Of a DNA stretch of 63,525 bases, positions 24,001 through 35,689 are shown one piece after another; position 1 is the stretch's first letter, and every line of letters begins with the position of its first letter. The stretch comes from Gnetum montanum (taxonomy: Eukaryota; Plantae; Gnetophyta), in NCBI GenBank assembly GCA_015680685.1, contig MNCI01000970.1:549710-613234 (forward strand), read 5' to 3'. The translations under genes and the position numbers were made by a program. The notes below the pieces were generated by a model. The model was given only the letters and a program-made list of their open reading frames with translations. It searched no databases and was not told where the DNA came from.

Positions 24001-25288
24001 CCACATAAATGATAACCTTTCAATTGTAATGAAAACAGCATCTAAAGAAAGCAAAAAAAAAATTTAAAAAAAAAAAAAGAAAAGAAAAAGACTTGCACTG
24101 TCACAATCCACAAAAACTATGAGATTCTAAGATGCTAACCTTGCCCTGATATGCAGCTGCTGGTATGCAACATTTCTGTATGGGAGTAGGTTCCAGGAAC
24201 CCTAGCTCACAAATGGCCTTCTCCAAGAATGGATGAAGTCTCAGCTCTCTCCATGCTGAAAACTTATCCATATCAAATGACTGTTCAGAGTTATGATCTT
24301 CGGTGCCAGGTAAGTCTGGACCAGCATGCATTTTCTCATCATGGGATGCCTCTACATGGCTTGTCGTTTCCACCGTATTCAACATCATTTTTGTAGTTTC
24401 TTTCTTCTTTTTCTTCTTGCCTTTCTTCTTCGTTTTCAAGTTGTTTTTTGAGCTCGATGGGGATGCTATCTGTTTGGTTAATTCCCCCGCCTGATCAGAT
24501 TCGTTCGTTTCTGCCTCTTTAGTTAACTCCCCTCTTTTATCAGTCTTGTTACTTTTCAGAGCACGCTTCCTCTTCTTTGACTGCAGAACTGTTCCATCGG
24601 ATCCAATGGTCTCTGTATGCCCCCCATCGTATCCACTTTCGTCGATTTCTTCTAAGGATAAAAATCCTACTCGCATGCAGTAAAGGTTAACATTATTAGG
24701 ATTCATAATCTTTTTTTAAAGTATTGCAATACATAGCATATAGTAACTTTGAATGCTAGCCCTTCTGCAGTTATCGATTCTGGGAAAATCAATTTCAATT
24801 AAAAGAACATATAACTCACGAAGCAAAACAAATACAGGCAGGACGAGAAGATAAATATTCCAAAGAACAGAGAGGTACATCGCAGAAACAACGGCGAAAA
24901 ACCTGAGAAATCTCTTTAATTTATCTTATGCTGTGCTCTCAAGAAAAATGTATCGAGATTACATAAAACCGTTCGTATCTTTCAAAATATCAAGGCTGGC
25001 ATGTAGAAAACAGAATCCAGAAACTAAAACTACCGCATTTTTTTCCCACAACCAAAACTAGAAAACTGTAACCACAACAATCGACGAAAATAGCATTGGC
25101 TTCGGCTCCGTACCTCCTTCGACACCATGAAAGAAGGAATCCAACTCGTTGTCGGTAATAGAACTTCTCCAAGGCATACCGTTCAGCGATTCCATGTTCA
25201 ACTCCGTTGATATTTCTGAAAACTTTCTCTTGCCACCGGTTTTCTTCTTCTTCTTCATTTTGCCTGGACGACTGAGTTCTGTCTCCAT
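11139..25288 (-). CDS. RH13: DEAD-box ATP-dependent RNA helicase 13 (DDX24/MAK5 orthologue), ~779 aa, 12 exons
   Basis: Exons 25288-25114, 24666-24140, 23979-23779, 23009-22833, 22753-22386, 22176-21996, 18822-18700, 18620-18504, 15443-15339, 11919-11779, 11673-11608 and 11297-11139; all GT-AG, phases consistent (2340 nt). Motifs: [10 protein letters not shown] motif [51 protein letters not shown] and the RH13-like C-terminal [16 protein letters not shown]. Confidence 0.95.
12563..13250 (+). mobile_element. 5'-truncated RTE-clade LINE (3' end) in helicase intron 9, with 18-bp TSD
   Basis: Decayed translation [29 protein letters not shown]...DRI.....[10 protein letters not shown]; 3' end GTTGGGATAAGGCT plus a (GAT/AAT)n tail; flanked by ATCTATCTTCT(G/A)ATAATA at 12545-12562 and 13249-13266. 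Confidence 0.85.
13070..13238 (-). mobile_element. Au-like tRNA-derived SINE (family 2), inserted in the RTE tail
   Basis: Minus strand GGGTCC...GATGGTAAGG...GGTTTGAGC...GTTAGGCTTTTG resembles the plant Au SINE layout as I recall it; clearly homologous to 18025-18166. Confidence 0.6.
13300..13960 (-). pseudogene. Degraded L1 LINE endonuclease-region fragment
   Basis: Translation NPNQRHSLK...[11 protein letters not shown] resembles the APE endonuclease N-terminal motif; downstream frames have many stops. Confidence 0.35.
15709..15845. repeat. ~68-bp tandem duplication in intron 8
   Basis: AAAGAAATCAAAGGG...GGCTTTATT..CTATGCAAACACTTTATTC...CATCAACCAAA occurs twice. Confidence 0.85.
15850..16333 (-). 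mobile_element. Possible truncated LTR-like fragment
   Basis: Minus strand starts TGTTGACAC, has GC-rich GCACTAG/GCTAGC repeats, then TATAAATA (~16021) and a T-rich tract. No matching second terminus was found. Confidence 0.3.
16700..17955 (+). mobile_element. L1 LINE ORF1 remnant (DUF4283 + zinc knuckle), antisense in helicase intron 8
   Basis: ORF 17239-17955: [48 protein letters not shown] (CX2CX4[H>Y]X4C). The frame continues upstream through stops. Confidence 0.8.
17985..18025. repeat. (CT)n microsatellite
   Basis: About 20 perfect CT units. Confidence 0.98.
18025..18166 (-). mobile_element. Au-like tRNA-derived SINE (family 2), second copy
   Basis: GGGACCACCATTTGGAGTGATGGTAAGG...GGGTTCAAACTTGG (B box)...GCAGCCACTC...GGTTAGGCT...GACCCTCCCAGGACC; ends at the microsatellite. 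Confidence 0.65.
19900..20198. mobile_element. ~300-bp MITE-like element
   Basis: Terminal inverted repeats CATAGTTGTAAAA (19900) and TTTTACAACTGTG (ending 20198). No clean TSD seen. Confidence 0.45.
20200..21352 (+). mobile_element. Second copy of the same L1 ORF1 remnant, in helicase intron 6
   Basis: Collinear with ~16900-17850, e.g. TTGATCATTCATAAGTGG and TCTTGCAA..TTT.TCATCA.GAAGG..ATTTGTTTAATGTTTGTCCT; ORF 20755-21039 matches ORF 17239-17955. Confidence 0.85.
20448..20590 (+). mobile_element. tRNA-derived SINE (family 1) nested in the L1 ORF1 remnant
   Basis: A box TAGCTTAGTGG, anticodon-like loop CTTGGTAA, B-box-like GCTTGATTCC, A-rich end; this block is absent from the paralogous copy near 17100. 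Confidence 0.65.
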
Positions 25289-25949
25289 CTTGAGCCGATC
25301 CTTCTTTCTTCCCAGCGAAAATTGGCCTGCAGCTTCGAATCAAGTTAATACAGAGCTTCTGTGGCTGAATTCGCGCTACTGCAAAACCCCAGGCAAAACC
25401 TTACTCTGCTGCAAATCGGCAATTCTGCTTGCACCCTTCATGTTCAATATTTCAAACTGATCAGAAAATACTCCTTTCCTCCATTTAATTTGCTGTTTTT
25501 GGCTTGGTAATTTTGGGAAGGCCAAACAATTTCGTTCTACCTTTTCAATTTTTACTCCTCGTTAATTTCAATTTTAATTTAAAAAATACAATTTAAACAA
25601 TTTTGCGTTGTATTCAGCTCAGATTAAAGGCTTGTTGTGGTGAACGTAGAAATTTCGAACTCTTAAGTTGCTTTAAAGAAAAGTAGGATGTGGGAATTTA
25701 AAGGAATGCGGTGTCGGAGTAGAAAAAAATGAAAAATAATAGGTAAAATTTTAGATTCCAATAAATTAATCAAGAGATCTTAAAGCCAGGTTTAACGGTT
25801 TTAGAAATACTTTTTTAAGTTTTCATCATTATTAATTTGAAAAACTTTTCCTATGAGTAAAAAAAAAGTTCAAGTGTTGTCTTTATTTAGAAGTGTCTTC
25901 ACATGTTTCATTTCTTATTTCTTAATAACAAGGTTTTCATTGTAGGCCC

Positions 25950-28900
25950 CCAAAAATATGAATATAGTAAAAAAATTCATAGTACAACAAATCAATAAAG
26001 AGAGAGTCTAAAGGAAAAACCCAACCTTTTACAAGTTTTCATCCTTACAACCTTGAAAAACCTCCACTTTGAGTGGTAAAAGGATTAGGCCTTACCCTTG
26101 TTTAGAAGTACCATCACAGGTTTTTACTTCTTATACTAAAGGGTTTTTAATAAAAAGGAGAAATTCTCTATAAAGACAAAAGAAAGCTACAATAAAAAAA
26201 AATTGAATAAATAGCAAAAAAAGCTAAAAGCTCCCCATCCATGAGCCTTCAAAATAAAAAGAAATTAATACTATGTAAAAAATTAATTATTTAACATTTA
26301 TTGAAAATTTCTTTGCTTTATGTTGTTATTGAAAAGCAACATTTATGAGAATTTGATATTTAACTTCTGAAGATGCTACTAGAACTTGACTACTTACCAA
26401 AACTTTCAAATAGAATAGAACAAACAACTGAAGACACTTCCAAATGCAAAGAAAGGAAATAGATAAAGTAGGTTGATCACCAATAATGATATCATTTATG
26501 CTTGGTTGAAAGTTGTTACAAAGTTTAGATGTCCATTTCCAAGGATGTTGCACAACAAGACACTCAAAAAAATAATATGAGAAAATGAGTCTTCACGTCC
26601 ATTGAGGAGAAACAATTTGCATATGTTAGAGACAAGTGTCAATAGGAATATCTTGATAAATAAGATACTATAAAAAATAATAATTTTTTGAAATGTAGCC
26701 TCCAAATATCTTCCATTTTACTCATCCAAAAGTGTGACAATAATTGCATTTTCCAAGCCTTATTAAATTTGTTATAAATAAAATCATTCTTGGTAATAAT
26801 CTCATATGTAACTCTAAAGCTAAAAGAACAAACAAATCTATCTACTTTACAAAATAAAATATCAAAAAAGTGTGATGCAAACTATTGTCATCTTTAAACA
26901 AATTCTCAAGATTAAAAATTAAATTTTCAAAATCTTTTGTTTTCTTTCTATTCAAACCATAGAAGCTAGAAGCCTCCTTTCATGTAATCCATGTATCATG
27001 CATATGTAGATAGAAAAATGCAATGATATAAAACTTGCTCCACATGATATACTATCTAGATGAATTAATAGTCCAAGCTCCTTCTTTAAAAGAAAGCCAT
27101 CACAAGCTAATTTGCTCAAGTATATCTTCTAAAATTATAATATGACAGTATTTCCAATACTTACTAATTTTGCACTATGTCTACCAAATTTATTTAAGAA
27201 CCAAAGAACTAGGAATAGAAATGGCATGAGAAAAAAGAAGATAATGAAAAAAGTTATTCAAAGAACAACTACTATCAGTTTTAGATTTTATTTACATAAG
27301 TCTATTTCTTAAAAGAAGCATCCAACATCATATCTATCTCCATTCCTGGCTCCCATGTATTCAAAAGCATATGGAAGGCTAGGCAAGTTGTCCACCATCA
27401 TATTAATTGGTCTAATATCCATCTTAACCCTACTCTCCTTCCCATGCTTTGCCCTTGTTGGTTACCCTTGACCCCTGCCCCTCTTGCCATTACTAATGCA
27501 AGATTAGCCATTATTTGGTACCAGAAGGGAGTGATTTCCCTTAATTTTCCTCGTCTTGCTAATCAATGGATTTCTTGGGAAGCGTTTGAAAACCTATATG
27601 GAGCTTCGAAAGCAATGCGGCTTTGCTTCCACCAGATACATACATTTCTTCATCAATCTTTACACCTAGATGGTGCTATCCAAGGTCTATTTCATGGCCT
27701 CTATTGGTCTAATGGGTTAAAAATTTTTCCTTATTGGCCACATGTTCCCTTCCAATTGTTACACGATTCTTCAGAAGTCATTCTACACTGTAATCGATCT
27801 TGGAATAAACAAGAATCTGAGGATTTTTGGATCTCTCTTTTCAACCAAATTTGGCATCTCCCGACTCTTCCCAAAATTCAATAATTCCTTTGGTGTTTTC
27901 TTCATCAAGGTCTCCCAATCGGAAACGTTTAGCATACCTTGGGATTCACTCCCCTAAGTGCCCTTTATGTAATGACCCTGAAACCTTTGTCCATGTTTTT
28001 TGGCTTTGCCCATTTGCTCAGCATGCATGGGAATGGGCTTCTAAGGTTTTTCCCTCATGCACTCTTACACAAGAGGCCGTAATGTTTGGTTTCTTACCTA
28101 TCAGTCCAAAAACTCTCATTTCCTATGGAAGATCCTTAGGCCCATCATCTTATATAATATTTGGAAACGTAGATGTACCACACTTTTTCAAAAGACAATT
28201 ATTTCAAACTCCTTACAACTAACTACTTCGGAAAAAATGCAAATTCTTCGACATGTTCACTTTCAAATTATATCTCAAGCCCCAAAATTCAAGATGAATG
28301 CTAACTAGTTGTTTTTCTTATTACAGCCATGGAGTCATATCGGAGATCCAAGTAATCACCATCATCACTTCAGAAGAGAGTCTCCTAATTAAGCCACAAT
28401 TTTCTGCACCATTTGGCCTTTTTCCTCTTTCTTCCACCTTTGTTCTCATTCGACTATCCACATCCAGGAAAAGACACACACATTTCAACGAATGGTTGAT
28501 CTTTGGAATGCATTTTCACACCCTGTAGAATGCTAAGTTTAACATGTTTCCTCTATAATAATCTTAGTCAACACGATTTCTCTTCCTCCTTTCCTCAATC
28601 TATATGTCTTGAAGTAGCATATGTACTAAATTTTGGTTTCTATTAATAAAATTCTCTNCCTCATATCTATCAATATAAGATAAATACACTAGATATAACA
28701 ATTAATAAGGCTAAGTCATATATCTTTCTTACTACTAGCGCAAATATCCCAAGCAACTTTAGAAAATCCTTTTTTATGTTGCTTACCAATCAAAGAAACC
28801 AACAAATAATACAATTGATTCTATCATGAGAAGTTTTAGAAGGATCCCAACAATAGGAGTAATAAACATGAGTTGATTAAAATATCTATTTAATAACTAA

Positions 28901-29560
28901 AATTTTGCCAACAAGGATGAATTTTTCTTTTCCATTTATCAAGCTTATTTTCAATTTTATCAATCATATAATTCTATAAATAGTAAGATTGGGCTCAAAA
29001 GAAAAAGATATTCTTAAAATTTTGAAGACATAATCTTTTTTCAAAATTTTCCATGACTTAAGCATGATTGACTCATCAATATTGCCCTTACAATAAATAG
29101 CAAAATTTTTCCAATTGATACAAGAGTCATATAACATGTAGTAGTCCTCTACTTTAGCTAATAGGATATTGATATACTATAGAAAATTATTAATCATAGA
29201 AAAAGAATCATCTACAAAGTGCATATTAAGCAATTACATACCTTTGTAGATCTTAATGCATATTATGTGAATGAAAATCTACAACAATAATAAAAAATAA
29301 AAATATAGAGGACAACCTTGACAAGCTAATTGTTGAAGAGAAAAGGTGAAACTCAATCCAAAATTTGTAGTAACTTAAGCATTACTATCAATGAGTGGGT
29401 GACAAGCAACGAGAATTTCCAACATTCAACGATACAAGTCACAAGTGTACATAAGCGACCAAATCATAATTCATGGATGGGACAATACCATGTATTACCT
29501 TATTGATAATAAATTTATGATCATTGTCTTTCTAATATACATATAAAAACTCAAAGTATA
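25950..29560 (-). mobile_element. Degraded L1 LINE ORF2 (RT, post-RT, zf-RVT), interrupted by another L1 and an assembly gap
   Basis: Minus-strand remnants: CQGCPL (~29310-29325), HFVDDS (~29205-29225), LKKELGL (~27075-27095) and CKLF...ED..SHIIF (~26570-26625), in the expected order. Confidence 0.6.
27310..28657 (+). mobile_element. 3' part of an L1 LINE (zf-RVT) in opposite orientation
   Basis: CPLCNDPETFVHVFWLCPFAQHAW, LYNIWKRRC, and AATAAA just before the N at 28658. Confidence 0.8.
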
Positions 29561-31381
29561 TGATTTAATTCTTGGTAAGGTATATGATTAATAGATGTTG
29601 AATGAATGTCAATATACTAAAGTGAAACATGGTAAAATGAATATAAATTTTATGAACTAAGAACAATGAAAATAGTATATTGAACTAGCCTACGATGATA
29701 AGTATTCATTTCCTAATTGTCAAATATGCCTTGGGCTAATATAATCACCATTCAAATTATCAAGTGACTTGCTATTGAATGAATCAAGCTAAGCCACTAC
29801 TAGGTTACCAAATAATTATGCTTATGCACTCAAAATCAATCATGCTTATTTTGCTAAATATTTAACAAGCATTGTAAATGTAAATGACGAGGGAAATATA
29901 AATGACATTATAAAAGTAAATGACAATGGAAATATAAATCTAGTCTAAGTGATATGCTACAATAATGAAAAACAATCTCAATATTTATTTATAAACATGA
30001 AGTTTGTCTATGTATACTCCACTCAAATAAAGATAGCATACAACTATTAATCACCACACTGTGATTACTTACAACTATTACTAACTTCGAGAAAATTAAC
30101 TGCAAGAGTTATATTGCTAGACTAACTAAAAGATACATTTGATACAACAGTGGGCTCATACTTATAGGTATGATCATAATGCACTCCATTGCACCTACAA
30201 TATTGTAGAACGAACTATAATATCATAGTCATTCAACATAAATTTGATTTATCATACCCCCACAACTAACAAAAAACTTGTCCTTGAGTTAAAATAAAAG
30301 GGGAATAGAGTTGTTACAAAATTACGGAGTCATATAGATGCAACAACATACAACATACAAACAATTACTAGCAATTAACTTTAATTGTTACATCTTAATT
30401 TAAGTGAATTACAAAAATATTATGCAACACATGATGAATAATATTAACTATAGTTATGAGACAAAAAAAAAGTAAGGATGATAAAGTCTTCAAAATTGTT
30501 GATGTAGGTATTCATGTAGTTCTTGGTGGTGTGAGCTCTTGGTACATTGGTAGTTCTTAAGGCTACTTATCTAATGTGATCAGTTTTCTTATGTGAAAAT
30601 GATTTGGCAACATTATCACTTCTCCTCTTCTATCTTAGAATCATTGACTATCCATGCTAATTTTACAATAGTCTACATAGTAAGCACTTTCTAAAAACAC
30701 GACAACTATGAGAATAATTCACTAGCCTTGATATACCATGCTACAAATTAATTTCATTCAATCTCAAAAGCCTTGGCAAATTTTTGCAAATCTTGATAAT
30801 CACTCATTCTCTTGGCCAAGTTTGTTGCAACATCTTTTTGATCATGAAAACTGGCTTTGATGACTTAGAGTTTTGAGTTGGCAATATGTAGTTTCTACTA
30901 AGCATCCTTCCTATCTATGAACTCCTTTTCATAAATTAAATACATTGTAGCTAGTTGTTGCTCCAATTTAGCCCTGGATCTCCTTGATATCAACATGGCC
31001 AAGTTAACATATCACACTTTGTCAAATCTTCAATTTGCAAATCCTTAATATTGAGCTTTGCTTGATGGAACAAGGTGAAACTATCCAAAATGGATTGTTA
31101 ATTTGGTAGCTATTTTGTAATACTATTGATCTTAGCCTTTGTCATTTGGATCTACATTTCATTGATTTTCTTATACATGCCCACTTGGTCTTTAAAATGT
31201 TCCTTCAATTTTTCATGCTTCTTGGCCTATTTGCCACCCACTAATCTTGATTGTAGACATCTATCAAATGATGCGAACTACTTCCATTGATAAAGTTCTA
31301 TTCTTTCTAGCCAATTATTTCATCTATAAGTTTACTTTAGCAAATTGTTCTCTAAGCTAATTTAGGCTTTATTCTAGCAAN

Positions 31382-31754
31382 ATGTGGTGATCCCAACAAC
31401 GACTAGCTTTTGGTAGCCACAGTTGCATCAATTCAAGGTGTGTACGGTAAGTGGGAACGGATGCTGACGCTAGGTAATTTAGACTTAGTTCATTAGTTAG
31501 AGTTAGGAATTAGTCTCTCTACCCTTCAACTCATTAGCATAGGAGATAAAACATTAAAAGCTATAAAAATCATATACCTCAGACTTACTTAACCATACAC
31601 CGTGACAACTACAAGTAAGTCTGGGAAGACAACAAATGATTAACCCTAAGTGTTCCATGGGCGTGTAGGCACTTAGTCTGCAGAGTTCGACCGAATCACG
31701 CGTGCTACGCTCGTATTCATATGGTTGAGTGTAGGGGTATCTCGCCACTCATCA
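31382..31754 (+). mobile_element. Partial Athila-like LTR (3' part) emerging from an assembly gap
   Basis: Starts at the N at 31381 and ends ...GTAGGGGTATCTCGCCACTCATCA; homologous in reverse to 48967-49340; no PBS follows. Confidence 0.85.
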
Positions 31755-32835
31755 CTCCCTTACTTCAGTTGTCAAACTTTTGTTCTCTATAGCAAGCTTC
31801 TTATTTTCTTCTTATAATACAAAAATTACTTTAGCATGGGCATATGTCTTGTCATCTATATCAAATGCATCACATGTTGCTTTCCCTCTATCCATTTCCA
31901 ATTGATGTTTTCTAATCATTAGTTGCTTAACTTGCTTAGTTTTAAATGTTTTCATGTGTTTAGTACCATGTAGTTTGCTAGATATTGCTTTTGAATCTTG
32001 AGTTGGGCTAATTCATATTGTAATTTCTAAATCTCCAACTCAACATGTTATAGCCTTATTTCTAAAATCACTAGCTTTCCTTTAGTAAAAATTAATTTAG
32101 ACTATACTATAATTATGTCATCTAGGGTATCAAAGAGATCTTGCATAACTTGGCTAATCTACATTAGTTTATCAAGTATATATTCATGCTTCTCTCTAGT
32201 CATAACTTCTTTTTCTTTGCCTTTATATGTTTTTTTGGATATTTTAGCTATTCCATGAGCATCTTTGATTCCTGTAAAATTAGCAGTGATACAATAGGGA
32301 TATTAATGGCTTCCTTAATATGACTATGATAAGTTTTATAGCTATGTGTTCTCCCTTATGCTGCATAATCAGTAAAGTGGATCCTTCTCTTGATTCAATT
32401 GTAACATGAAATGATGCAACATATCCTAAAATTTATTATATCCAATCATTATCCTATTGATTGAAAAGATACTTATCCACTAGTTGGACTTGTTGACACT
32501 ATAGACTGGTTTGGATTCTTCTTAACTCTAAACATACTTAACACTTCTCAAGTTCTCTAGCTCACAATTTCAATTATTTATTGTAAATGGATCATAGCAT
32601 CCTTGTAATCCCTTTACTTTATTGCTAGTACTAACATACTATGCCCTACCTATTCTATTCCTATGGCTAGTACATTTCCTACTGGTATTGATGTTGTTGC
32701 TACTCTGTGCTTCATGGTTTTACAACTTGGTCCTTTGTTAATACTAGTTTAGAAATCTCAATGTATGATGCATTTAGGAATTTCCTTAGAATATCATTGG
32801 TATATCTCAAAATACCAACTTTTTTGTATAGCTTC

Positions 32836-33668
32836 TAATGAGTGATGAGGTATCCTTACACCCAACCATACGAATCACTAAGGCGTTATGTGTAATTTGG
32901 TTGAATTCCGTGGACCTATAGTTATCTTGTACACTAGCTTCTCTAGGAAGTGAAACAACATTGAGAAAGTTTGTTGTCTTCCCAACTACACTTTTGAGGC
33001 TCAAGGGTATGGTTTAAGTGTAATTAAGGTATATGAATTTTTGTTGTTTTATATTTGGATGTCATCACCTACAACAAGAATAAGGGTAGAGTAGATTGAA
33101 AACTAATGTCTATTGCCTAGCTAGCCTAACACAAGTAACCATCCCACTTTCTTGAACACATCCTAAACACACATAGCAATGCTGGGCTACCAAACGTTAA
33201 GCATTGTTGAGTTACCAAGTACTGTATGAATGCTCGAAGTGGTTGTGCTTGTGCACATTAACTAAGGGAAATAAATTGCTTAATCAAATGCATAAAAATA
33301 AAGAGTGAGAAAGTAAAATGCATTAAAGAAAATATTAGGCTATTCTCAATGCTACAAGGATTGTCAGAGGAGTTTGTTTTATTCTCCTCACACTATTGCG
33401 CTTAGGTACATCAGTGCTCGAACAAAGAGCCATACACACTTTAGACTCCTTTTGTGAGCACTCAAAAAATATCCTAACTTTGAGGAAAATAAACTACACG
33501 AGCTTCACTACTCTGACTAAGAATAACTAAAAATTAAACTAAAAATGGGAGCCCAGGCACGATATTTATAGACTTGGGGAATATACCTTGATGTCAGACC
33601 AAGGCCTCGACATCGCGTACACGACGTCGTAGCCCCAATGTCACAACTAGCCAAAACACATTTCATCA
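32836..33668 (-). repeat. 3' LTR of element 1
   Basis: Direct repeat of 41248-42121; preceded on the minus strand by the PPT-like ...CGTGGGGGTA. Confidence 0.9.
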
Positions 33669-35689
33669 TACCCCCACGATTGAATGAAAACTTGTCCTTG
33701 AGTGAAGAAGAGGAGGAACAAGTTCTTTACAATATAACATATTGGGTAGGTATGGAATTATTGACTAACATGACAAATCAACTTAGATGAAATGGACATA
33801 AGGAATTATAATTTTTAACAAACTTGGGTGTTCATGAAAAGAGGAGTGAACACCCTGGAAAATATTAACATCTAACACCTCTTGGCAGCAGAAGAATGAG
33901 AGAGAGAGAAGAGATTCAACGAGCACAAACAATCCTCATTGTGTGGTCCTATTGCACTATCCTTAGTGAAGATAGTCCTGCTTCTAGTCCATGCTTCCCA
34001 CTACAATCACAACAAACTCATGAATTAGTATGCAATGTGTAACACATAACTATTAAATGCCTTGTCTCGTCAATGGTTACACTTAGCTAGGTTGCAATTG
34101 TGGTTGATTGGTTCCTTGAGTAGTGTTAGTGGGAAGGTTGACAGATAGGGTTAATTAAATTAAGTAGTCCATTAAATTTAAAAAAGTTAAATACTAGGAA
34201 ATATTTGAAGAGGGTATAGGAATTCACAATAATAAAAAGGAAAGTTCACTGAAAATGGTTGTGAAGATGTGTACAATTAGATGTCATTGATGGGGCAAAC
34301 AAAAAAAATTGATTATAAAAATGTCTAAGGGTAAAGAACTTAACTAACCCAACCAAAAGATATGCAAGTGGGTCCTCCCCAAAGTAAGCATAGGCCTCTT
34401 ATGCCCTTGCATAACTTCAAACCAAAGAGTTCGTGGGCTCCGTGGATGATTAATGGTTATAAAAGGTTAAGTACAAAAAATCAAAAAAAAAACTAATTAA
34501 GAATTCCGACACATCAAACTAGGACATCGAACCAAAACATGCAACTGGCAATGAGGTGAGATGTGGAAAGCATAGATGGATGAGAGAGAGAGAGAGAGAG
34601 AGTGGAATGGAGTTCCTAATTATGGTCACATGAAGTCCCTTGTGAATTTTGTGGTTAAATAACTTGATAGAATCCATCCTTAGTCCAAACCAAAACCAAC
34701 CACTCTCAGTGACTTCACATCTATATTCTAGGACCAATCCATCCCCTGAGACACAAGAGTGCTCCCATAGAACAACCACTGTTCCAAATTAGAGAAGAAG
34801 CAGGAAGTGAGGAAGGGCCTTAATTAGAGAAGACAAGTCCCATAACCAGTGCTTGTAGCCTGTTTATTCTATCTAAGGGGTGTGCTTTGAATTTTCATTA
34901 TTATTTTTATCATGGGAGCCACACCATGCAAGGGGTGTGCTTTGAATCCTCATCATTTTTTTCTTGATGAGAACCACACCATGCAAGGACTTATTCAACT
35001 TCCTTTATTAGATGGCATGGAATAGTAAGGAGTCTATGAAAACACACATGCACCCAGGCAAATAGAAAAGCACAAAGAATACCAAATCCCCTTGAAGCCA
35101 CACCCTATTCAAACCTTTGAATCCTTCCCAATTCTGGAAACTACAAAAGTCACAAATTTATTAAAGTTTTATTAATGAAAAAGAGACTACATGTTTCCAA
35201 AACAGGGAAAACCATAGAGTTTGTGGATGGGTGGATGTTGTGGACTCACTGCCTATTACATGAAAAGAAACCATGTCCTAATTATTTGTAATGAAATTCA
35301 AAGCCAGAAACTAGACACCAATAATCAAATAAAAATAATAGTACATACCGCCATCAAGTAACGCATTACCAATGTACCTGGCACTTATTAACAAAAAGTT
35401 AGAAAATCACATCAAATAAAAGAAAATATAACAAAAAGTGTAAAATATTTAAGAAATATCAAATGTACTAATGATGGTGTAAAACAAAAAATTAGAAAAG
35501 ATTAATAACATGAAAACAAAAAGATGTAAAATAAAGAATGTGTAAAACAAAAAATTGAAAAACTAAGGAGTCGCTTAAATAATTAGCATGGTTGGCCATT
35601 GCCCACACGACTAAGTTGAGAGGAGGAGATCTGAAATATGGAGCGTGCTTGTTCATCAGATGAGGTGCTTGTTGTGTTAGCTAGCATAT

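Noticed and set aside
33590-33645. CRISPR-like array in the LTR repeats
   Set aside because: The context is eukaryotic, the units are 14 bp with 6-bp spacers, and there are no cas genes.
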